Shown here: one piece after another, positions 37,528 to 45,397 of the stretch | Numbering within the stretch: the stretch's first letter is position 1 | How the letters are laid out: every line of letters begins with the position of its first letter | IMG/VR virus record: IMGVR_UViG_3300035689_000004 | Span: 1-64,000 of that record | Direction: 5' to 3' (one strand) | Length of the DNA: 64,000 nt | Source: a virus | Notes under the pieces: model-generated | What the model was told of the DNA's origin: nothing | Seen by the model: the letters and a program-made list of their open reading frames with translations, nothing else | Database searches by the model: none | Made by a program: the position numbers and the translations under genes

Positions 37528-37637
37528 AGGCTTGTAGCGTTTGGAGATCTACCGTAGATCCTTAGATCAACTATAGTTGATCCTCCCCGCGATCGCGCCA
37601 ATACCCAACCCCATTGTAAAATTGCTATCAATAAGTG

Positions 37638-37666
37638 TTGACAATGCGATAGAGGGTTGATAGAGT
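37638..37666 (+). promoter_or_regulatory. sigma-70 promoter
   Basis: TTGACA-17 nt-TAGAGT. Confidence 0.7.
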
Positions 37667-37696
37667 GTAAATGTACACGACAGAGAGGACCGATCA

Positions 37697-37957
37697 ATGA
37701 CTGCACCGCTAAACCATGATTGGAGCATTATCACCACCGCCGAAGGAGGCGAGGTTCTAGCCCGCCTAGATGACAGCAGAGAAGGTTACATCCGGGTTTC
37801 TTACCCCGAAGACCTGAGGGAAGATTTCCTGATCGAAGCACTCAAAGACAAGGGGGTAAAGGTTGATCTGGGCGTTCAACCCTTTTACCAGTCGGGCGAG
37901 AGCCCCGGCGAGGCTGTAGCGCTGTTTAAGCTGGAGTATTCCGGCGCTAACCTCTAA
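37697..37957 (+). CDS. Small acidic hypothetical protein (stand-alone cassette)
   Basis: 86 aa, GAGGA RBS; terminator GCCCTCC-ccct-GGAGGGT-TTTTT at about 37982-38004. Confidence 0.7.
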   Translation: MTAPLNHDWSIITTAEGGEVLARLDDSREGYIRVSYPEDLREDFLIEALKDKGVKVDLGVQPFYQSGESPGEAVALFKLEYSGANL

Positions 37958-38002
37958 CCAACCCTGCATCACCACCCCGCCGCCCTCCCCCTGGAGGGTT
38001 TT

Positions 38003-38617
38003 TTATTGCCCTGCCCCTAGCTTTGTCCGCCTCACCCGATCGCGTAATGCCCAGGCGACGGTATTAACGCTATGGCGGTTGGGGGACAGCGTTGGGGTGT
38101 AGTGTTCTCCCATCCATAGCCGCTTGGCGGTGTCTACCTCCCAGGTCCAATCGGTAGCGTCTTGATAGAAAGCCATCGCTACTTGGTAGAGAATCGCGAT
38201 CGCGTAGGCGTCCCGCTCGGGTTGGCTGCCTTGCCAATCATCATCGAGGCTATAGATTTGCTCAGCGTTATAACGCCCATCGTCATTGATCCAATGGTCG
38301 GAGACCAGAATAGTCAGCCGGTGGGTACCGCGTACCTTACCCCTACCCCTAGCCGGTGTCTTCATCCCTTCAAGGTGGTCACAGGTGATATGAATATCTC
38401 TAACGCCGCCCTCCTGGCGGTAGGGCTCAAAAATGTAGGCATCCACATGGCGTGGGCATAGGGAGCGGGGCCGTTGGACACGATGCAATAGGCCGCGCCC
38501 CGCTAGCCGCCAGGTTTGCAAGATGCGGTAGGGTCGTTGCTTTACCTGCCGCTCCCGCCACCAGTTGCAGCGGTTGACATAGCCAAGCAGGTCACTGACT
38601 ATCCGATCCACTTTCAT
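38003..38617 (-). CDS. Hypothetical protein
   Basis: 204 aa in coupled minus-strand operon. Confidence 0.6.
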   Translation of the reverse strand: MKVDRIVSDLLGYVNRCNWWRERQVKQRPYRILQTWRLAGRGLLHRVQRPRSLCPRHVDAYIFEPYRQEGGVRDIHITCDHLEGMKTPARGRGKVRGTHRLTILVSDHWINDDGRYNAEQIYSLDDDWQGSQPERDAYAIAILYQVAMAFYQDATDWTWEVDTAKRLWMGEHYTPTLSPNRHSVNTVAWALRDRVRRTKLGAGQ

Positions 38618-38948
38618 CGTCCGGGTCCTCCTCTGAGGATGATTCGCGGGGCATCGCGTTGGTGCCTAGCACCCCGGCGGCGCCGATGCTGATAATGCTC
38701 ACCGCCAGATCTCGCAGTTGCTTTTGATGTTCCGGCGACCAGTTGAATAGCATCAAGGCGCCAATGATCACCACGGTACTGAAGCCTAGGGTTAGCCGTT
38801 GCTGGGTCTTGAGCTTACGGGATTGCTCGCGATCGCTTTTCATTAGCTTCAGTTGCCGCTCTTGCAGCTCGTGCAGCTTTTCATTAATCAACTTCAGGTG
38901 CTTCTCTATCGAGTCCAAGCGACGGCACAGAATATCAAAGAACTTCAC
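38592..38948 (-). CDS. Coiled-coil protein with two TM helices (holin-like candidate)
   Basis: Coiled N-terminus, two hydrophobic helices, acidic tail. Confidence 0.5.
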   Translation of the reverse strand: MKFFDILCRRLDSIEKHLKLINEKLHELQERQLKLMKSDREQSRKLKTQQRLTLGFSTVVIIGALMLFNWSPEHQKQLRDLAVSIISIGAAGVLGTNAMPRESSSEEDPDDESGSDSQ

Positions 38949-39418
38949 GTTAGGGCTGCCTTTCGGACAAATTCCGAGGTGGGGAGGACGGTATCAACTG
39001 CAGCCCGCATCCTGCGATCGCTGGCATATTTCCGATAGTCAAATCCGATCCACACCTCGACGATGCCAGATTCTTCTAACGGTGCGCAGCGTAGGTGGTC
39101 CAGGTCCACCACTTGTAGGTAAGTAGGGTAAGCACAGTCTGGGAGGTTCATCGGGATAGTTAGTTCTACCAAGTCCCGCAGGCGATCGTCGATATTAATC
39201 CGTTGCATCAGGCGCAGGCTAGCGGCTTGTCTAGTATCCGGAAACAACCACAACCAGCTTTCCTCTTCACCCTCCGCCGATAGCCTGGAAAAGTGACAAT
39301 AGGCCGGTTCCTTTTGTTGCTGGCCAGGCAAAATTAACCCCGACTCACTCTCTGTCGCCAAGGATAAAAACTGAGCGCTCCACGCCCAGCTAAAGAGAGG
39401 GGACGGTAGTTGGTACAT
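38945..39418 (-). CDS. Hypothetical protein
   Basis: 157 aa, coupled. Confidence 0.6.
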   Translation of the reverse strand: MYQLPSPLFSWAWSAQFLSLATESESGLILPGQQQKEPAYCHFSRLSAEGEEESWLWLFPDTRQAASLRLMQRINIDDRLRDLVELTIPMNLPDCAYPTYLQVVDLDHLRCAPLEESGIVEVWIGFDYRKYASDRRMRAAVDTVLPTSEFVRKAALT

Positions 39419-39854
39419 AGGTTCCAGCGTTGATGAGTTGTAAGGTTTCTCGGCTTGGCAGGCTGGTTAAACTTTCCAGCAACCGGCGATCGCGCTCTGC
39501 CCTAGCGTCTAGCCCGTCGAAATACCGAGTAAGCGCGATCGTTGTTAGTTCGTGGTAGTCCTTGGCATAGCGATATTTCACCGCGTACTCCCACCGGCCA
39601 CGGGTATGGGAGTCCAGGGTGAAGGGGATCGTGCCATCGTTATCAACTGGCTCGCACTCCAGCGTCCCGCCCGCCTCACAAGCTTCGATATAAAGGTCGG
39701 TGGTCCAGCGCACCAAGTCGGCAACGCTCGCTAGTTCCCGGCCGTCCTCCGTCATTACCCGCGATTTCAGCCGCAAGAAAGTTGCTTCCCGCCTCACCCG
39801 CCCCGCGATCGCCTCGGGCACCAATAAATTAATCCGCTTGTGCTTAGTTGGCAT
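39390..39854 (-). CDS. Hypothetical, possible RHH-type DNA-binding protein
   Basis: KRINLLVPE...SVADLVR. Confidence 0.5.
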   Translation of the reverse strand: MPTKHKRINLLVPEAIAGRVRREATFLRLKSRVMTEDGRELASVADLVRWTTDLYIEACEAGGTLECEPVDNDGTIPFTLDSHTRGRWEYAVKYRYAKDYHELTTIALTRYFDGLDARAERDRRLLESLTSLPSRETLQLINAGTYVPTTVPSL

Positions 39855-40206
39855 TGAGCAGCACCTCCATAAAGCAGCCCTCTGCCAGCATCAGCGCTGT
39901 TTGGGTATGGCTGGTGTCTGGATGCTCTAGCGCCCGTCCTAGGCGCTCCATCGTCCAGCCCAGTAGGTGAATTGCTATCAACATCACCGCCGCGCCGCGA
40001 TCGCGTACCATCAGCGCTGTTATGGCTTGCTCAATATCGGCATTGGTGAACCGCTCCGCCAGCCCCATCGCCCTGAAGCCATGGCCAGTTAGCACCAAGT
40101 TGGGCACCCCGGAGACGATGTGGCCGGAAGACATAATATTATCCAGGTTGCCGCTGCCCCATTGCTGGAGCAAAAAGCCAAGCTGCGACGGGCTATAGGT
40201 TGCCAT
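39844..40206 (-). CDS. Hypothetical, possible sigma-4-like HTH regulator
   Basis: DIEQAI..L......I.LLGWTMERLGRAL. Confidence 0.45.
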   Translation of the reverse strand: MATYSPSQLGFLLQQWGSGNLDNIMSSGHIVSGVPNLVLTGHGFRAMGLAERFTNADIEQAITALMVRDRGAAVMLIAIHLLGWTMERLGRALEHPDTSHTQTALMLAEGCFMEVLLNAN

Positions 40207-40299
40207 TGTCTATTGCAAATACCCACAGCCCTATCGTATCGAACTAGGATAGGCGCGATCGTTTTAGCAACCAGAGAGCTTAATCACAATCGAAACGTG

Positions 40300-40328
40300 T
40301 TGACAATTCGATGGGGTTAGGGTACTTT
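40300..40328 (+). promoter_or_regulatory. sigma-70 promoter
   Basis: TTGACA-17 nt-TACTTT. Confidence 0.7.
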
Positions 40329-40510
40329 AGGTATAGCCAAACGGCGCCGCCCCCCGGCGGGATACCAAATAGGGTGCCACCCCGGAACAGGACGGGGATT
40401 CAACTAAACCCATCCTTCCGTAGGGATGTAAACAAATTTACGGCGGTTTACTTTCCGGTTGGTGTCCCGACAGCAACGAACCGGACCCACCATGATTAGG
40501 AGATACCGCC

Positions 40511-40708
40511 ATGATGATTGTTCGTTACAGTGTTTTTCCCCGGGATGGAGGCTACCGTGTCTTTGCCATTTCACCAAAGACTGGTAAATGGGAGGATTGT
40601 GAAAGCCTATTCGGTGACGGTAGCCTATGGGTTACCTATCCGACTGAAGCTGAAGCAGAAGCCGCGATCTCGCCGCTGATTAAAGACGATTACTTGACTG
40701 TTGCTTAA
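40511..40708 (+). CDS. Small hypothetical protein (stand-alone cassette)
   Basis: 65 aa, AGGAG RBS. Confidence 0.65.
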   Translation: MMIVRYSVFPRDGGYRVFAISPKTGKWEDCESLFGDGSLWVTYPTEAEAEAAISPLIKDDYLTVA

Positions 40709-40734
40709 CCGCCCCGGGACCACCCCGGAGCTAC

Positions 40735-40759
40735 CCCGCCACTTGGCGGGTTTTTTATT
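40735..40759 (+). terminator. Intrinsic terminator
   Basis: CCCGCCA-ct-TGGCGGG-TTTTTT. Confidence 0.7.
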
Positions 40760-40766
40760 GCCTTAG

Positions 40767-40919
40767 CTACAGCCGTCCTGCAGCTGCCAGCCACGCCAGC
40801 GCTGCCACGGCACCCACCACCACGCCGGATAAAGTAAAGCGGATCTCGTGGAGCATGACTTCATGCCGGGCTATCTGGGTAGCGATCGCCTTCACTTGGG
40901 CTAGTTGATCATCACTCAT
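40767..40919 (-). CDS. 50-aa single-TM protein (not in ORF track)
   Basis: MSDDQLAQVKAIATQIARHEVMLHEIRFTLSGVVVGAVAALAWLAAAGRL; AGGAGG RBS; TGcTATAAT upstream. Confidence 0.6.
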   Translation of the reverse strand: MSDDQLAQVKAIATQIARHEVMLHEIRFTLSGVVVGAVAALAWLAAAGRL

Positions 40920-41174
40920 AGCAAGCCTCCTGAAGTTTGCCGGTGATTATAGCAGATAAGCAATGAAAAGCCCCTGTGGGCAATGTCAGGGGCTCTGGCG
41001 CAGTATTAGGAGAATGGGGCTATTGTAGCGGATGCCAGCGGCGAAAGGCGGAGGAAGCGCGATCGCACTTAGCTAGGGCGCGATCGCGGGTATCAAGGTG
41101 TATCTAACGGTGTTGATTATAGCGGATAAGCAACAAAAAGCCCCCGAGGGGGCCAAGCAATACAGCGCGTGGTT

Positions 41175-41417
41175 CTATGGTAGCGAGTTGCCGCTGTAGT
41201 CGATAAGCTCCGCCGGAGTGCAGTTTAGCGCACGGCAAAGGGCATCCAGTTGAGTGCCATCAATTCGGGGCATAGTGTCGCGGCGCTTCATATTGCTGAC
41301 GCTGGCCTCGTGGACGCCTAGCGCCTCAGCCAAGGCGCGATTACTGATTTGCCGGTCTGCCATAACCTGGCGGAGACGCCATCGAATCATCGGAGCTACA
41401 GAACGCATATTTACCAT
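41175..41417 (-). CDS. Cro/C1-type (XRE) HTH regulator
   Basis: IRWRLRQVMADRQISNRALAEALGVH..SVS..K....LC.ALNCTP.EL. Confidence 0.88.
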   Translation of the reverse strand: MVNMRSVAPMIRWRLRQVMADRQISNRALAEALGVHEASVSNMKRRDTMPRIDGTQLDALCRALNCTPAELIDYSGNSLP

Positions 41418-41482
41418 CCTCCCACGCGATCGCTAGTATTTGCCCCAACTATAGCGCAGACATCGAATACTTTATATTAAGC

Positions 41483-41511
41483 TTGCATTGTATAACGTCA
41501 GGCGTTATACT
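41483..41511 (+). promoter_or_regulatory. Promoter with overlapping inverted-repeat operator
   Basis: TTGCAT-17 nt-TATACT; GTATAACG-5 nt-CGTTATAC at 41490-41510. Confidence 0.65.
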
Positions 41512-41606
41512 CATATCAAGCGATGGGGACGGCCCCAAAGCAAAGCCCCCGCCAAGGCTGGCACCGAGGCAGGGGAAGTAAAACCATTCACTAGAGGTTC
41601 ACTGAT

Positions 41607-41852
41607 ATGGTAGCCCAAGCTGTTAAAGTCCGCACTCCTGAAACCACCACTGCCCCTGCCCTTGTCAAATTCTTTGCTTCTTTGGTTGGGGAGGTGAGGG
41701 GCGAGTTTACCTTTACTGTCGAGGTTATTGAAATTCAAGACAGTTACATGGGGCTGGAGGACAAGCAGCGGATTGAGGCTGCTGTTGAGCAGCAATTTCC
41801 GGGTTTGGCAGTGCTGGATTTCTGGCGATGCCGCCAGGATAGCCTGCTGTAG
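41607..41852 (+). CDS. Small hypothetical protein
   Basis: 81 aa, GAGG RBS. Confidence 0.6.
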   Translation: MVAQAVKVRTPETTTAPALVKFFASLVGEVRGEFTFTVEVIEIQDSYMGLEDKQRIEAAVEQQFPGLAVLDFWRCRQDSLL

Positions 41853-42050
41853 TCGCGATCGCTGCCGCCCCACAGCGTTAGCGAGGGGACTAACTAAATT
41901 TCGTAGAGACGCTGTAATGAAATACCGACCTTTTGTTTACCGCTGGCTGATGCACAAAACCAGTTGCCTTTTAGAAGATCTGGCCTATTGGATTGATCGG
42001 TTTGCCGGAGTTCTTGAGTGGGAAGCTAGGGAGCCAGGAGAGGAGTAGAA

Positions 42051-42091
42051 TCAAAAGACCTCCGTGGACACGCTTCACGAAGGTCTTTTGA
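42051..42091. terminator. Bidirectional terminator-like hairpin
   Basis: TCAAAAGACCT.CGTG...CACG.AGGTCTTTTGA between convergent genes. Confidence 0.6.
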
Positions 42092-42123
42092 GTGCGCCCT
42101 AGGGGGAACCCTGGGGCTTTCCT

Positions 42124-44313
42124 TTAGACGGCTAAATCGCCAAAAATGCTTGGTTGGTGAGGCTTTATCTGACTCTTTTGTGCCCAATAGTTTTCTATAG
42201 CTTTCTCCGCCCTTTCAAGCGTGGCTTTTTCTTCGGGTGTCAGTTGCCCGTAAGTTTTTTTGCGATGAGTAACCTTACTCAGTGGCATACAATTTTCAGC
42301 AGATCTGACTGACCTGCTTCTTATGTGATCAAACTCGCAATCTTTGGTTTTGGACCCATTGGCGTTGATCAACAACGTTTGGTCTATGACATCCCGCCCG
42401 GTGTTAAGCGTGATATACAAGAAAGCCTCTATAGCGCTAGATATAGCGTCTGGAAGAAATTCCTTGCGTGGAGAGTTTGTGTTTATGTCGATTCTGTTCA
42501 CTATTTCTTCTGTCCTAGTGGTTGTCGGAACTACATTATTATCCAAACGATCTTTCACAATCTGTACATCCCTATGTATGTTAACCAGCATTTCCCACGC
42601 GACTGGATCGGAAGTTTGAAGAGAACTGCCCGATGTTTGTATCTGACCTTTCAGGACATTAGCAATTTCTGCCAATGCAACCCAAAAGCTGCTCTTAATC
42701 AATTCGGCTGGCTCAGTACGCGCCGCCAAAGCTATCCAAGACGCCCCGGCAGGGTTGAACAATAGCAGGTGATGTGCTTTTGAATGGACCGTTTTGTCGA
42801 ATAACCCCTCTACCCTTCTAGATGTAGGCGAGTAGTACTCGCCTACATCTGGAGGGGTCAGGGGGGTCAGGGGGTTATAAATGCTTTTGTAGTTTTTTAA
42901 CCTATCCCCGGTCAACCGCTCAGTTAAAACAGCTTCTTGTACGGGGCAGCCTCTAAACCACCAAAGAACGCTATCTTCCTCCAGGCTCAGCAATGATGCC
43001 AACTGTTTGACCGTTAGCCATTTCTTGCCCTCAAACATGACCCATTCAAACTGACGGCCTATTCCTCTGGCGCAGGCAAGTAAAGCGCCTTCAAACAACT
43101 CTTGGTTTTTGTCTTCCTGAAAAGTCTCATAAAACCTCTGCCGAACTCCGTGCTCTAAAACGTCTTGCAGCGTCTCAGCATTGGTCAAGGCTTGGGCGGT
43201 TGGTACCAACGCCCCAGGACTCTCCTGAGCAACTTCGACTACCTCAACCTCAGCTTCAACGACAGCCGGAGCGGGCTTTGGCTCATCTGGCGGAGGGGTC
43301 ACGCAATAGTAAGTAACCCTACGATCCTTCCAGGTATATAATTTTTCTTGCTGAATTAAATATTCAGTCCGAACAAGATAAAGATCTCGCGCTTCATCCC
43401 CGTATTTACCTCGAACCTTATTTCGCAGGATAGTACTCGTGATCGGACAAGCACAAGCCCTTAATATCCGTTCATCTACCTTAATTTCTAGGTCTGACCT
43501 TTGATCCTGCTCAAACTCTTCTTCAATGGGCAAATCAACAACCTCCGCCGCCACCTTGACAGGGGGCTCAACAATCTCCGCCACTATAACGGGAGGATTG
43601 ATCGACTTAGCCTCAACGACAGCCGGGCTAGGCTCTGGCTCATCTGGCGGAGGGGTCACGCAATAGTAAGTAGCCTTACGCTCCTTCCAGGTATGCAACC
43701 TTCCCTGGGCCAGCAGAAGATCTCTTCGAGGAACAACATATTCTTGAAAACGTTTCCGATCTGGTCCGCTAGTCCTAGCCTTTTTGTACAAAACTTTTGC
43801 TGTAACCGGATGGCTAGCGCACTCCAAGATCCTTTGATCGATAATCTCCCAGATCTCCTCTTTAGTCTTTGAACTAAATGAGAACTTTTTGGCGCGACGA
43901 TTTGATCTAGTTGCAGTCTTGGCCGCAGCTTGCTCAGTCTCAACAACCGGCTCAGTGTTCTCTAGCAGCAGTTTGAATAATGGCTCAACCGGTCGCTCAG
44001 GCGCCTTGTCCCAACACAAAACTTTGTAGCTGTTTTTGCCTAATGGACGCGGAAAATATTCAAAGATGCACTCAAAGTCTTTTCTAGTAGCGCCGCCACG
44101 CTTTAGCGCAGTCTCGGCGAGCACCTTAATTTCAAGGGGAATATCTTTCTTGTCGTTTTTTATGTCGGTAACAGGACGGCGAACAGCATGAGCATCACCA
44201 TAAGGATCAGACTTAAGCTTGCTTTTGTGAGCTCGCTCTCCTTTTGGCATCTCATAGATGACATAGGAGAGATCATCAAAGCTATAGAGACGGTTGTCAC
44301 CAAAAGCGTTCAT
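42124..44313 (-). CDS. Multidomain protein: duplicated putative DNA-binding domain, antirepressor-like middle, C-terminal HNH-like motif
   Basis: Repeat ending TWK.R..TYYCVTPPPDEP.P.PAVVEA x2; EFDHI......N...L....H..KT; lower GC. Confidence 0.65.
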   Translation of the reverse strand: MNAFGDNRLYSFDDLSYVIYEMPKGERAHKSKLKSDPYGDAHAVRRPVTDIKNDKKDIPLEIKVLAETALKRGGATRKDFECIFEYFPRPLGKNSYKVLCWDKAPERPVEPLFKLLLENTEPVVETEQAAAKTATRSNRRAKKFSFSSKTKEEIWEIIDQRILECASHPVTAKVLYKKARTSGPDRKRFQEYVVPRRDLLLAQGRLHTWKERKATYYCVTPPPDEPEPSPAVVEAKSINPPVIVAEIVEPPVKVAAEVVDLPIEEEFEQDQRSDLEIKVDERILRACACPITSTILRNKVRGKYGDEARDLYLVRTEYLIQQEKLYTWKDRRVTYYCVTPPPDEPKPAPAVVEAEVEVVEVAQESPGALVPTAQALTNAETLQDVLEHGVRQRFYETFQEDKNQELFEGALLACARGIGRQFEWVMFEGKKWLTVKQLASLLSLEEDSVLWWFRGCPVQEAVLTERLTGDRLKNYKSIYNPLTPLTPPDVGEYYSPTSRRVEGLFDKTVHSKAHHLLLFNPAGASWIALAARTEPAELIKSSFWVALAEIANVLKGQIQTSGSSLQTSDPVAWEMLVNIHRDVQIVKDRLDNNVVPTTTRTEEIVNRIDINTNSPRKEFLPDAISSAIEAFLYITLNTGRDVIDQTLLINANGSKTKDCEFDHIRSRSVRSAENCMPLSKVTHRKKTYGQLTPEEKATLERAEKAIENYWAQKSQIKPHQPSIFGDLAV

Positions 44314-44436
44314 CGCTTATGCCCAGACTGCAAATATGTCGCCCTATCAATCACAGATTGTATCTATAATAGACGCTTGTTTGCAATATGATACTGAAGC
44401 GGCAATTTAGCTACTCTATTGTAAAAGTGCTACCCC

Positions 44437-44691
44437 ATGCCCCTCGCCGATCGCACCTCCTACCGCAACGCCCTACAAGCGCTCAGGGCAATCAAGGACA
44501 CTACTGGCAATACGCCCCAGGTGAAGGCCATAGCGGCCTTCCTGCTAGAGGCGGCCAATGCTGAGTATCCAGGCGGCTACGTGGGCGACCCGAGCGACCC
44601 ACGGGATAGGGCGGTGGTAGAGGCGCAGCGCGACTACTGGCAACGGTTCATGGCGGGTGAGGACGTAGAAGAGAATTACTACGATCTATAG
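44437..44691 (+). CDS. Hypothetical protein
   Basis: 84 aa ORF. Confidence 0.6.
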   Translation: MPLADRTSYRNALQALRAIKDTTGNTPQVKAIAAFLLEAANAEYPGGYVGDPSDPRDRAVVEAQRDYWQRFMAGEDVEENYYDL

Positions 44692-44694
44692 TCA

Positions 44695-44724
44695 AAGCAA
44701 AACCCCTGGCGAGGGCCAGGGGCT
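44695..44724 (-). terminator. Intrinsic terminator
   Basis: Minus strand GCCCCTGGC-CCTC-GCCAGGGGT-TTTGCTT; same family as 3918 and 4454. Confidence 0.65.
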
Positions 44725-44743
44725 AGGGTGAGAGGCGGTAGGG

Positions 44744-44899
44744 TTAGATCTTACCCTTTGCCTTCTCAGTGGCCGCCAGGGCTATGATCGCCGCCCCAGT
44801 GGCGGCAAACAACAGCGCATTCTCCACGGTGCCGGGCACCTGGGAGGGCGGCTGCGGGTTGTCAGCGGGCTGGGTGGTAGTGCTATTAGTCGTTGACAT
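44744..44899 (-). CDS. 51-aa single-TM protein (not in ORF track)
   Basis: MSTTNSTTTQPADNPQPPSQVPGTVENALLFAATGAAIIALAATEKAKGKI; AGGAG RBS. Confidence 0.5.
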   Translation of the reverse strand: MSTTNSTTTQPADNPQPPSQVPGTVENALLFAATGAAIIALAATEKAKGKI

Positions 44900-45069
44900 G
44901 GGTGGTAAGCTCCTGATTGATTTGCTCTAATGCAACCCGTGCGCGGCGCAGGGTCTCCAGCGCTTGTTGAGCCTTGAGTATTGCCGCCCGTGCGGCTTGC
45001 TCATTGGCCTGTCTTTCCTCTTCAGTCACAAACTTTCCTCCGTAAAAATGGTCTTTTGAGTGGAATAAA

Positions 45070-45297
45070 CTAACCCGCTTGGCGCAGGTCTTCCATCAGC
45101 AAAACAGTTCCTTGCACGTCCATGGCGCGGATAAGCCGCACCACACCCGTTTCGTCCGGTTCATCCAGCGGATCGGCATCAATCGCGCCGGTTTCCCGGC
45201 ACGCTTGGTTCCAAGCTTGCAGAACCCCTAACCCATCCTCCATGAGCGCCCTAGCCCGACGCTCGATTTCTTGTTGATCAACTGCCATGGTTGGCAT
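45070..45297 (-). CDS. Small hypothetical protein
   Basis: 75 aa, AGGAG RBS. Confidence 0.55.
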   Translation of the reverse strand: MPTMAVDQQEIERRARALMEDGLGVLQAWNQACRETGAIDADPLDEPDETGVVRLIRAMDVQGTVLLMEDLRQAG

Positions 45298-45397
45298 CTC
45301 CTAAACGATATTGCATATTTACTCTACCATGGCATATTTGCAATATGCAATAACCCAAGGGGAGAACCGCTAAAATTAGCCTAGAGACTGGCTACCC

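Noticed and set aside
40330-40510. tRNA gene
   Set aside because: No cloverleaf, T-loop GTTC motif or CCA end; kept only as a possible structured leader
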